From Patescibacteria group bacterium (lineage in GTDB: Bacteria; Patescibacteriota; Minisyncoccia; Phycocordibacterales; Phycocordibacteraceae), in NCBI GenBank assembly GCA_018969385.1, contig JAGWYL010000004.1, forward strand, positions 1 through 47,579: a DNA stretch of 47,579 nucleotides. Reading direction: 5' to 3'. A program made the position numbers and the translations under genes. This document shows, piece by piece, positions 7,914 through 18,214 of this stretch. Within the stretch, counting starts at the first letter, position 1; each line of letters opens with the position of its first letter. The notes under the pieces were generated by a model, which was given only the letters and a program-made list of their open reading frames with translations, searched no databases and was not told where the DNA came from.

Positions 7914-8789
7914 ATGATTGTCGGCATTATCGGCCAAGGAGCGTTCGGCAAGGCCATCCGCGCCGAACTTTCGCGCGGCGGCGTCGAACCGGTCTGCGTG
8001 GACGCGGGCGAGACGCTCGCCGGCAAGGGGCCGTTCGACGTCGTCTTCCTCGCGGTGCCCGCCGCCGCGCTCCCGGAAGCCCTCGCGGATAATCAAAGCG
8101 CGTTTAGGGATGCGCTCGTCGTGAACACCGCGAAAGGCATGGACGAGCGCGGGCGCATGCCGCAGGCCGTCGTCATGGAGGCGCTTTCCGGAATCACCTT
8201 CCGGTATGCCGCCGTGTTCGGGCCGTCTCTTGCGGATGACCTTCTTGCCGGGAGACCCGTGGGCCTCACCATCGCCGCGAAGGACGCTGGAGACCGCGCG
8301 CTCCTTTCGACGCTCCTCGCGAAGGGCAACCTGCTCCTCGACGCGACGGACGACGTGCGCGGCGTCGAGCTTGCGGGCGTCATGAAGAACGTCTACGCGC
8401 TCCTCTTCGGCTACGCGGACGCCATCGAGCTCGGTCGCTCCGCGCGCGCGGCGCTCTTTTCCGCCGCCGTGCGCGAGTTCGAATCGTTCGCGAAGGCCGA
8501 GGGCGCCTCGCCGGACATCGTAAGCTTCGGCGCGCTCGGCGACTTCGCCCTCTCCGCGCTCTCGAACGCGAGCCGGAACCACGCCTTCGGCATGGAGCTT
8601 GCCGCGCTCGCTCCCGCGGACATCGAAAAGCGCGCGGCCGCGAAGACCGTGGAAGGCTACCGCACCGTGCGCATCCTCGCGGACCAGGGCCTCATCACTG
8701 ATGCGTTTCCGCTCCTCTCCGCCGCGCACGCTATCGCCGCCCGCGGCGCGGACGCCCAGCCCCTCGTACGCGGACTCTTCGCGTCGTAG
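7914..8789 (+). CDS. gpsA: NAD(P)H-dependent glycerol-3-phosphate dehydrogenase-like protein
   Basis: GQGAFG Rossmann motif, NTAKG, GPS, ELAGVMKNVYA, GD, SRN, VEG. Confidence 0.82.
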   Translation: MIVGIIGQGAFGKAIRAELSRGGVEPVCVDAGETLAGKGPFDVVFLAVPAAALPEALADNQSAFRDALVVNTAKGMDERGRMPQAVVMEALSGITFRYAAVFGPSLADDLLAGRPVGLTIAAKDAGDRALLSTLLAKGNLLLDATDDVRGVELAGVMKNVYALLFGYADAIELGRSARAALFSAAVREFESFAKAEGASPDIVSFGALGDFALSALSNASRNHAFGMELAALAPADIEKRAAAKTVEGYRTVRILADQGLITDAFPLLSAAHAIAARGADAQPLVRGLFAS

Positions 8790-8875
8790 CCGGCGAAGGC
8801 ATATTCACAAATCGGGCGCGGGCGTGCATAGTGCGGACGAACCCTTGAACCTTAACCCAACCGATGGAGGCCACG

Positions 8876-9250
8876 ATGGCTGCTGATGCCTTGCGGCAAT
8901 TCCTGCTTATCCTGAACGACACATACAAGGTCCGGCTTCTCACCTTGCCGCGGGACGGCGGGGACGAAGCGGCTCTCCTTATCCGCGAACGCCTGGACAC
9001 GATTCACGAGCTCTTGTCGACGCTCGAGAGGGACGGCGTCGGACCCGCGCGGACATTCCTCATCGAGCGCAAGCAGGAATGGCTGCGCGCCATCGAATCC
9101 TGGAACCGCGCTCGGGCGCATCCGGAACGCGGGGAGTTCGCCGATGGCGAGATAGCGTTCTACCGGCGGCTCGTCGAGCTTGCGGACGATGCGATTGCGA
9201 GTCTTCGTCCAGGCAAGATTCCGGGAGGCGGAAATGGATACGATGCGTGA
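8876..9250 (+). CDS. Hypothetical helical protein
   Basis: GGAGG 5 nt before ATG; upstream TTCACA-N17-CATAGT; coding-like codon usage. Confidence 0.65.
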   Translation: MAADALRQFLLILNDTYKVRLLTLPRDGGDEAALLIRERLDTIHELLSTLERDGVGPARTFLIERKQEWLRAIESWNRARAHPERGEFADGEIAFYRRLVELADDAIASLRPGKIPGGGNGYDA

Positions 9251-9581
9251 CCGCCTTCGCCAGCTGCTTGAGGGCGACCTCTACGTCGCCGCGGAGATCT
9301 GGCGCGTCGCGCGCGCCGAGTATGGGCCGAAGCACATCACCGCGGAGGCGTCCGTGCGCGCATACGGACGCGCCGAAGCCGCGCTCCGCGCGTTCCATGC
9401 GGGCGACGGCATCGCCGTACTCGCGTACTTCCGCGAGGAATACCGGACCGCGCTCCGGAACATCGCGTTCTGGGAGTCGAAGCCGCTTCACACAGACGGT
9501 CGCGCCATGCTCATCGCCGTCTCGCGGACGCGCAAAGCGCAGCTCGAGCTGTTCCTGCCGGGCGCGGAGCATGTCTCATGA
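9234..9581 (+). CDS. Hypothetical helical protein
   Basis: GGGAGG before ATG; 17-nt overlap with the upstream ORF; resembles 9698 ORF. Confidence 0.6.
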   Translation: MDTMRDRLRQLLEGDLYVAAEIWRVARAEYGPKHITAEASVRAYGRAEAALRAFHAGDGIAVLAYFREEYRTALRNIAFWESKPLHTDGRAMLIAVSRTRKAQLELFLPGAEHVS

Positions 9582-9697
9582 CGCTATTCGCCCGGACACG
9601 TCCCGTCTTCGCTTTGCCGAAGACGGGACGTTCGCTTTCACAAAATAGATTTTTGTCGTATAATCAGCGCAGAGACCGCAAACCGCGAGGAAGCGAC

Positions 9698-10129
9698 ATG
9701 ACCCACGAGAATCCGAACGCGGTCGAGCTCCTGCTCGCCACGCTCATGGAACGCGATTGGAGGGCGTTCAAGGTTGCATACTCGTTCGAGCATAGGACGA
9801 GCATCCCGTACGCGATCGCGAGAGCGAAAGTGGAGCGGCGGCAGAAGGCCATCGAGGCATACCATAGCGGAGACCTCGCGCGCGTCGTCCGCGAACTCGC
9901 GCTCACGAGGCGCGAGCTTTCGGAACCGGCGCGCATCGCCGACGAGACGCTCAAGCTCTTCTACGGAGAGAACCTCGAACGGCTCGACGAGCTCGCCGGA
10001 ACCGAAAGCGGCGAACTTCTCAAGCGACAGCTCGCGGACATGGAGGCCGAGTGCGTCTCGCTCCATACCATCCTTGCGCGCATCGCGGACATCCTTCCGG
10101 ACCTTGAGACCCGCTCGAAGACCGCATAA
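9698..10129 (+). CDS. Hypothetical helical protein
   Basis: TTCACA-N16-TATAAT (9637-9664), GAGG before ATG, terminator follows. Confidence 0.7.
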   Translation: MTHENPNAVELLLATLMERDWRAFKVAYSFEHRTSIPYAIARAKVERRQKAIEAYHSGDLARVVRELALTRRELSEPARIADETLKLFYGENLERLDELAGTESGELLKRQLADMEAECVSLHTILARIADILPDLETRSKTA

Positions 10130-10134
10130 GCACG

Positions 10135-10170
10135 TGCCCGCTGACATCCGTCGGCGGGCACCATTTTTTA
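10135..10170 (+). terminator. Rho-independent terminator
   Basis: GTGCCCGCTGAC-ATCC-GTCGGCGGGCAC then TTTTTT. Confidence 0.75.
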
Positions 10171-10232
10171 TCCGATCAGCCGAATCTCCCCGCTGAAACG
10201 AACCGCACCCGGACCTCCCCTCTCCGTCCGAC

Positions 10233-10268
10233 ATTCTTATCTTTGGACGGTCGGCGATGGATAAGAAT
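10233..10268. repeat. 36-bp dyad site, copy 1
   Basis: ATTCTTATC-TTTGGACGGTCGGCGATG-GATAAGAAT, 6 nt beyond the stop codon. Confidence 0.9.
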
Positions 10269-10274
10269 AGCTCG

Positions 10275-10856
10275 CTATCCTTTCGGCAGCATGAAATGGG
10301 CACGGAGCGGCGCATCGCCTTCAAGGCTGTCCACGATGGCGTAGAGCACGCTTCGCCCTATCTTGAGATCGGCCTTAAGCATCGCGACGAAGTCTTCGCA
10401 GTCGTAGGGATACACCCATACGCTGTCCTGAAGACGGAGGAATCCGATATCCGCCATGACGCTGCGCAACTGTGCGCGCACCCTTCGCTGGCGTTCAGGC
10501 ACGTCAAATGCCACCATGCGCCAGCGTCCGTCCCACTTGCGCGGCCGTATGCTTAGCGCAGCCTTCGCTTTTTCAAGCGCGAACGCTCTCTCGCCAGTAG
10601 CGGTGAGCCGCAGGAACTTCATTCCGTTACTCTTCACCCATTTCGCATACCCTTTCGTTACGAGTCGGCCGGCTGCCGTGCGTGCCCGGTACCCGAGCAA
10701 GGCGTCCTGTCCGGGAACGTATTTGAGCAGCTGTAACGTCTTGGGCGCGATTGCCGCCCAGGCAAGCAGTCCTGCGCCCGCAGTCGCCATGAGCACCGCC
10801 GTCTGTATGTTCTGCTTGCGCCGTCGCTTCCGTGCGCCTTCTTCCATCTTTCCCAT
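10275..10856 (-). CDS. PaaX-like winged-HTH plus Cas2-like domain protein (orphan)
   Basis: wHTH wing FLRLTATG; KWDGRWRMVAFDVPE...LR...GFLRLQDSVW of the PaaX central/Cas2-like domain; ATG 6 nt after TATGCT (GTG at 10862 is an alternative). Confidence 0.85.
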   Translation of the reverse strand: MGKMEEGARKRRRKQNIQTAVLMATAGAGLLAWAAIAPKTLQLLKYVPGQDALLGYRARTAAGRLVTKGYAKWVKSNGMKFLRLTATGERAFALEKAKAALSIRPRKWDGRWRMVAFDVPERQRRVRAQLRSVMADIGFLRLQDSVWVYPYDCEDFVAMLKADLKIGRSVLYAIVDSLEGDAPLRAHFMLPKG

Positions 10857-10874
10857 TCTCACAGCATACGCCGT

Positions 10875-10910
10875 ATTCTTATCTTTGGCCGACCGGCTGT
10901 TGATAAGAAT
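10875..10910. repeat. 36-bp dyad site, copy 2
   Basis: ATTCTTATC-TTTGGCCGACCGGCTGTT-GATAAGAAT; 30/36 identical to copy 1; covers the predicted -35 region. Confidence 0.9.
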
Positions 10911-10944
10911 ATGAGGACGCCGACGAACGCTTGTTTATCCGTGT

Positions 10945-11250
10945 TTATCCGAGCGTATAGATATCTATGACCGGCTCTTCGTACGGATGCGCGTCACGGA
11001 TGGCGCGGACGACCTCGCTGACTCGGTCGTCCGCGACCGCCACCTCTATGCGTTCTTCCTCCACTTCTTCCATCTTCCCCACTTCTCCGATTGCCGGGTG
11101 CGCGCCTTCTTCCGGCTTGAAGCGCCCCACGCCGCGCATGCTGAAACTCGCGAACGAGTAGTTCCCGATGCGCCCGCCGCCCGCATCCCCTATTGCCTCG
11201 CGAACTTTCTCCGCATCCGCGACCGGCGTAGTCGTGACAATCTTTTTCAT
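10945..11250 (-). CDS. YqfO/NIF3-type stand-alone PII-like domain protein
   Basis: AGGGRIGNYS, G.GRFKP.EGAHPAIGEVG, HPYEEPVIDIY. Confidence 0.85.
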   Translation of the reverse strand: MKKIVTTTPVADAEKVREAIGDAGGGRIGNYSFASFSMRGVGRFKPEEGAHPAIGEVGKMEEVEEERIEVAVADDRVSEVVRAIRDAHPYEEPVIDIYTLG

Positions 11251-11256
11251 AGTTGG

Positions 11257-11673
11257 CTATGCGGGGCGTATAAAGAACTTTTGACGATGCTTCTCGAATC
11301 TCACTTCGAATAAATCGAAAAAGCGCCGTTGGCCTAAGAGGCAAGCATAAGGCAAGGAAGGCACGAACGTCGCGTCAGTCATGAACGGCGTAAAGCCATC
11401 CACGGTCACGGAAACATCGTGCGTGAACGCATCCCGTCTTTCTCCTGTGACCCCTCCGACGGAAACTGAATTTGAAAACTGTTTGATACTTAGAGCTTCC
11501 GCTAGACTGGCCTCAAGCATCGTACAGTCACAACCTGAGTCAATAAGTGCGTTCACCCGTATCGAACCGCTGTCGCTGCGGAGCTCAACGGGAATTATCG
11601 GACGATAGCCGACCGTCGTGCCTTGAGCGTCCCACTGATATGAAAAGTCAAATTCTTTCCAACGTGCAGCCAT
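11257..11673 (-). CDS. Retropepsin-like aspartic protease
   Basis: RPIIPV, ALIDSG catalytic motif, LLGQ..FF. Confidence 0.8.
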   Translation of the reverse strand: MAARWKEFDFSYQWDAQGTTVGYRPIIPVELRSDSGSIRVNALIDSGCDCTMLEASLAEALSIKQFSNSVSVGGVTGERRDAFTHDVSVTVDGFTPFMTDATFVPSLPYACLLGQRRFFDLFEVRFEKHRQKFFIRPA

Positions 11674-11682
11674 TGCAGCGAA

Positions 11683-11877
11683 CTAAAACGCGAACGTGAC
11701 GTCGGTAGGCAGAACTTTCATGTAAGTGGCTTCATCGCGGCGGTCGCCAAGCCGGCTGCGCAGTACCGCAAGATCCTCCGCATAGTCAATCACTCGCGTC
11801 TGCTCCGGATTCAATGCAACCCACTTGCGTTCGTGCTCCTTTTTCAGAATTTTTCTGAAATCCACGTTCTGTCCCAT
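11683..11877 (-). CDS. Small DUF5678-like protein
   Basis: KWVAL..RVI pattern; 9 nt upstream of the protease; TATACT upstream; alternative ATG at 11883. Confidence 0.65.
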   Translation of the reverse strand: MGQNVDFRKILKKEHERKWVALNPEQTRVIDYAEDLAVLRSRLGDRRDEATYMKVLPTDVTFAF

Positions 11878-11932
11878 ACTCATATAGTATACCTCCTGAA
11901 ACGCCAGCTGCGCGTAAGCGGGTGCGCAGGCA

Positions 11933-14410
<2,478 letters not shown>

Positions 14411-14414
14411 GACG

Positions 14415-14750
14415 TCAGAACGGGATGACCGTCGGCCCGACCGTGCTCGGGGTGGCGGATGCGGAGGCTCCGGCGTTCACGACGGTGATGGCCGGCTGCG
14501 CGTTCGCGGCGTTCGAACCGTTCGCGCCCTGCACTGCCGCGTATCCCGCGGCCGCCTGGGAGACGCCCGCGCCGACCGCCGCCACGCCCTCCGCCACGGA
14601 AGACGCTTGGAGCGCGAAGAGTCCCGAAGAGGCGGCTGCGGCAAGCCAGCCGACGGCCACGACCGCCGTCACGCCGATAGCGGACATGAGCGCGATGCGC
14701 TCGCGCACGTGCTCCGGCTTTTCCCTGAGACGAGCGATGAATTGCTGCAT
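14415..14750 (-). CDS. Hypothetical single-TM protein
   Basis: [13 protein letters not shown] plus TM helix; tight spacing between MBL gene and gyrA. Confidence 0.7.
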   Translation of the reverse strand: MQQFIARLREKPEHVRERIALMSAIGVTAVVAVGWLAAAASSGLFALQASSVAEGVAAVGAGVSQAAAGYAAVQGANGSNAANAQPAITVVNAGASASATPSTVGPTVIPF

Positions 14751-14752
14751 GG

Positions 14753-15421
14753 CTAGGGGCTTATGACGATAATAGCACCGTCGCGGGAAGCCGCATCCTT
14801 CTTCTTGAGCGTAAGCTTCTCGACCTTCTCCGGCGTCTCCCCTTCCTCCTTGAGGAACGCCTCGAGCGACTTCGGAACGCCCATGCCTTGCGTTCCTCCG
14901 GACGTCCCGCTGCGGGACCAGTGCATCGGGATGATGATGTGCGGCTCGAGCGATACGGCGAGCTCATGCGCGTCTCCCGCGGAGAGGACGCCATCGCCGC
15001 CGACCGGCAGGAACAGCACGTCGATGTCATCGATGGCTTCGCGCGCCTCCTTCGAAAGCGTCGGTTCGGAAAGCGCGCCGAGGTGGACGAGCGTCATATC
15101 TTCAAGCTCGACCGCGTACACCGTATTCACGGCGCTCTCCTCGCCTTTCGCGAGCCCGTACTTGCTCTTCGTGAGGAACCCCTGGACCGTGACGCCCGCG
15201 CGCTCGTACTCTCCGGGACCGGTGATGGCGAAGGGAACCTTCTCTCCGTACGTCACCTCCGATACGCCGTTCATGTCGGGATGGTTGCGCGAGACGAGCG
15301 CGATGTCCGCGCCGAAGCGGACGCTCGGGAGCGTTCCTCCCTTGTTGATGGGGTCGAAGACGAGCGTGAGGTCTCCGAGCGTCACTTTGAAGCACTGGCC
15401 GCCGTGGTGGGTGATAACCAT
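14753..15421 (-). CDS. Metallo-beta-lactamase-fold protein with degenerate metal motif
   Basis: GQCF, FDP, ITGPGEYE, HLG, DVLFLPVGG, IIPMHW; HxHxDH reads SRNHPDM. Confidence 0.85.
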   Translation of the reverse strand: MVITHHGGQCFKVTLGDLTLVFDPINKGGTLPSVRFGADIALVSRNHPDMNGVSEVTYGEKVPFAITGPGEYERAGVTVQGFLTKSKYGLAKGEESAVNTVYAVELEDMTLVHLGALSEPTLSKEAREAIDDIDVLFLPVGGDGVLSAGDAHELAVSLEPHIIIPMHWSRSGTSGGTQGMGVPKSLEAFLKEEGETPEKVEKLTLKKKDAASRDGAIIVISP

Positions 15422-15465
15422 CGTGCGCCCATTATACCGCTTTTTTCGGCATTGTGGTAGGCTCA

Positions 15466-15627
15466 CCCGGCAATCTCGTTTGGGAGGTGTGCATGTACAA
15501 ACTGGGACCGTGAATCGCAAGGAACCCTGAAGCAATCCTGATTTGGCTTTGGCGTTTCTTTTCCGCGTTACGGTCCCGCTGATTCCTTATCGCCGCCGCG
15601 CCGGGGCGCTCCTTTCCCCGGCGCGGC
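15466..15627 (+). ncRNA. Candidate rod-shaped small RNA (6S-like architecture)
   Basis: TGGTAGGCT -10 candidate; helix GGGACCGTGA (15504-13)/TTACGGTCCC (15568-77); unpaired central bubble; 12-bp closing hairpin 15595-15627. Confidence 0.3.
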
Positions 15628-15672
15628 ACAAAACCCTACGGCCATGACTCGTTCATGGCTTGTATCGTATAC

Positions 15673-16158
15673 GGGGCCGTCCCCATGCCCCGCTTCACAA
15701 ATCGCGAGCAAGTGCTAGCCTTCCAGGGTCGCTCGGTTCCGTCTTCGAAGAAGCGGGATAGACGGGCGACACGTCGCAACACGGAGGAATCCATGACCGC
15801 GACAAAATCCGATGGCTCTCCGGCCCTTCACGGGCCCCCTGCCATCGCCACGAAGATGTCGTCGACGGACGCTGAACCGATCGAACGCGTCGCGACACCA
15901 AAGGCCAACAAGATACAACTCGCCTAACCGGCCAGCGCCGGCAAGAATGAAGCCTCGGCTTGGGAAGGGGTTCGCGTGGTAATTGAATCGAGCGGTTCGG
16001 GAATACCGCAGTAACAAAAATCCCAAGACTCCGCAACGGGGAGTCGGCTCCGGATCACTTCAACAGCCTTGTTGGGAGTGGCCCGTCCGGAGCCGACGAC
16101 CCCTTAGTCCTTACGGGTTACTTTGTCGAAGGCCTGCCTTTCCGGCGGGTCCTTTTTT
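15673..16158 (+). ncRNA. Candidate large structured non-coding RNA
   Basis: No credible ORF; nested helices including 5'/3' closing pair CTTCACAAA (15693-701)/TTTGT-C-GAAG (16122-31); -10 candidate upstream and terminator downstream. Confidence 0.6.
16129..16158 (+). terminator. Rho-independent terminator
   Basis: GGCCTGCC-TTTCC-GGCGGGTC followed by CTTTTTT. Confidence 0.7.
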
Positions 16159-16311
16159 ATCCCTGCCGTTTTACCGCGCGCCGCCGCGCTTCGTTGTGCC
16201 GCCCTATGAGCCGTGGTATAGTCCCGCCATCGCGTGCAAAGAAGTAGGTTCCGGCTAACCCTCGCGCCGAAAGGACGAGTACCGGCTCCGAAAATGCGCA
16301 CCGCTTTACGC

Positions 16312-17457
16312 ATGTCAGAAGATGCAGTTGCCGCTCCCGCAGGGAGCAAGGAGAAAGCCCCCGGAACGCTGTTCGTGGACCCGAGCCACCCGATGGCCGG
16401 CCTCGTCGATTCCATTCCGACACCGCCGTCTTCAGGCGACCTCGTGGAAGGAACCATAATCGCGCTCGGGCGCGGACGCCTCTACGTGAACCTGCCGCCG
16501 TTCGGCACCGGCCTCATCTACGGCCGCGAATACCTGAACGCCGCGGACGTGCTTCGCAAGGCGAACATGGGCGACACCATAACCGCGAAGGTCACCGACC
16601 CGGCAGGACGCGAGGGCTACATCGAGCTTTCCTTGAAGGAAGCGCGCCAGGCGGCCATCTGGAGCGAAGCCGAGCAGGCCATCGCCGCGCAGACCACGTA
16701 CAACCTCACCGTCGAGGACGCGAACAAGGGCGGACTCATCCTTTCCTGGCAGGGCATCCAGGGCTTCCTGCCCGCGTCGCAGCTTTCGGGCGAACACTAT
16801 CCGCGCGTCGCGGACGGCGATAAGGACAAGATACTTTCCGAGCTCCAGAAGCTCGTCGGGCAGCTGCTTCCCATCCGCATCATCACCGCGGACGCGAAGG
16901 AAGGAAAGCTCATCTTCTCCGAGCGCACGGGAAGCGAGGACGAAGAGAAGGCGTCCCTCATCGACAAGTACCAGGTCGGCGATGTCCTTGCGGGCGAAGT
17001 CACCGGCGTGGTGGACTTCGGCGTGTTCGTGAAGCTCGAGCAGGGACTCGAAGGGCTCGTGCACATCAGCGAGCTCGACTGGGGTCTCGTCGAAGACCCG
17101 CGCGCGCTCTTCTCGGTGGGCGACGAGGTGAAGGTGAAGATAATCGAGATAAAGGACGGCAAGGTCTCCCTCTCCATAAAGGCGCTCAAGGAGAATCCGT
17201 GGCACACCGCGGGCGAACGCTACAAGAAAGGCATGGAGGTGCCGGGCGTCGTCATCAAGTACAACAAGCACGGTGCGCTCGCGAGCATCGAAGAGGGCGT
17301 CGCGGGACTCGTGCACGTGTCCGAATTCGAGTCGCCCGCCGAACTGCGCGAGACGCTCGAGCTCGGCAAGAGCTATCCGTTCAAGATCTCGCTCTTCGAG
17401 CCGAAGGACCAGCGCATGACGCTTTCCTTCGCAGGCACGAAGAAGGAGAAGAAATAA
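16312..17457 (+). CDS. rpsA: 30S ribosomal protein S1 (four S1 domains)
   Basis: Repeated S1 motifs (ANKGGL, QGFLPASQL, DFGVFV, EGLVHISEL, GLVHVSE); start could be 16294; promoter TGGTATAGT near 16214. Confidence 0.92.
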   Translation: MSEDAVAAPAGSKEKAPGTLFVDPSHPMAGLVDSIPTPPSSGDLVEGTIIALGRGRLYVNLPPFGTGLIYGREYLNAADVLRKANMGDTITAKVTDPAGREGYIELSLKEARQAAIWSEAEQAIAAQTTYNLTVEDANKGGLILSWQGIQGFLPASQLSGEHYPRVADGDKDKILSELQKLVGQLLPIRIITADAKEGKLIFSERTGSEDEEKASLIDKYQVGDVLAGEVTGVVDFGVFVKLEQGLEGLVHISELDWGLVEDPRALFSVGDEVKVKIIEIKDGKVSLSIKALKENPWHTAGERYKKGMEVPGVVIKYNKHGALASIEEGVAGLVHVSEFESPAELRETLELGKSYPFKISLFEPKDQRMTLSFAGTKKEKK

Positions 17458-17475
17458 TCCGGAGGGAGGGATGTC

Positions 17476-17503
17476 AAAGGGCCGGCGCTTGCGCCGGCCC
17501 TTT
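17476..17503. terminator. Bidirectional terminator
   Basis: AAAGGGCCGGCGC-TT-GCGCCGGCCCTTT between convergent genes. Confidence 0.75.
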
Positions 17504-17520
17504 CCCTTTCGCACGAACGG

Positions 17521-18087
17521 TCAGGAGCAAAATCCCCCATGGACGATTCCGTGATAGATTTTCTCGTACCCGCCGTAGACGACGGTCTCGTCCGCTTCGA
17601 ATGAGCCTCCTTCCGCCGACTTTACGTACGTGAAGGAATACGCAAGCGGCGGCGCGAGTAGCGGACTGAACGCATGCGGGCCGCGCGGCATCGAACGTCC
17701 GCGAAGCGGCATGGCGTTGCTCGCGCTCAGTATCGCGCCGCCGATGCAGTTGAGCGCATCCTTCGTCCGGACGGACACGAGCGCGAGGCCGCACCAGAGG
17801 ACGACCCAGCGAGGTTTGAAATCGCCTTGGCGAAGAATCGTCTGCGCGCCGCGCAGATGTATGCCGGCCAGGGAGAACGTCTCCTCCGCCTTCCAATCCT
17901 GCGCGGCAGAGCCTTCCGCGCTGACGTGGTAGCGGGTTTCGCATTCGTGCCGGCCGTTCCATGCCTGATGATTGCTCTGGCCGAGCACGTCCTTCCAGAA
18001 GCGAGCGTTCGAGTCGTCGACTATCTTCGCGACGACGGATTCTGAAACGAGATTCTTAAGACGCATCGATACTATCGTTCCCGCCAT
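17521..18087 (-). CDS. Hypothetical protein, DUF5680-like
   Basis: GGGAGG RBS; PRGP and C-terminal F.ADE.V...IY...HGG pattern recalled for DUF5680. Confidence 0.55.
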   Translation of the reverse strand: MAGTIVSMRLKNLVSESVVAKIVDDSNARFWKDVLGQSNHQAWNGRHECETRYHVSAEGSAAQDWKAEETFSLAGIHLRGAQTILRQGDFKPRWVVLWCGLALVSVRTKDALNCIGGAILSASNAMPLRGRSMPRGPHAFSPLLAPPLAYSFTYVKSAEGGSFEADETVVYGGYEKIYHGIVHGGFCS

Positions 18088-18214
18088 GACTGCCTCCCAG
18101 CGTTGCGGTTGAAGTAGCTTCGATTATCGAGAGGAGCGTTCCCCGGGTACGCATGATAGAGAACTCTCGCAGACAGTATCCCCCGATACCCGTGCGCTTG
18201 TAAACCTGCCGGCG

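Noticed and set aside
10233-10910. CRISPR array or CRISPR-Cas locus (36-bp repeats next to a Cas2-like gene)
   Set aside because: Only two copies about 600 bp apart with a gene between them; no spacer-sized intervals and no cas1 or effector genes
15781-15800. RNase P RNA (GGAGGAATCC)
   Set aside because: Does not match GAGGAAAGTCC and no 3' AGAAnnCGGCTTA partner is found on either strand
15655-15927. 90-aa ORF, or tmRNA tag ending ...KIQLA
   Set aside because: No coding-like composition; no tmRNA 5' GGGG..GGnTTCGAC or 3' T-arm/CCA end visible
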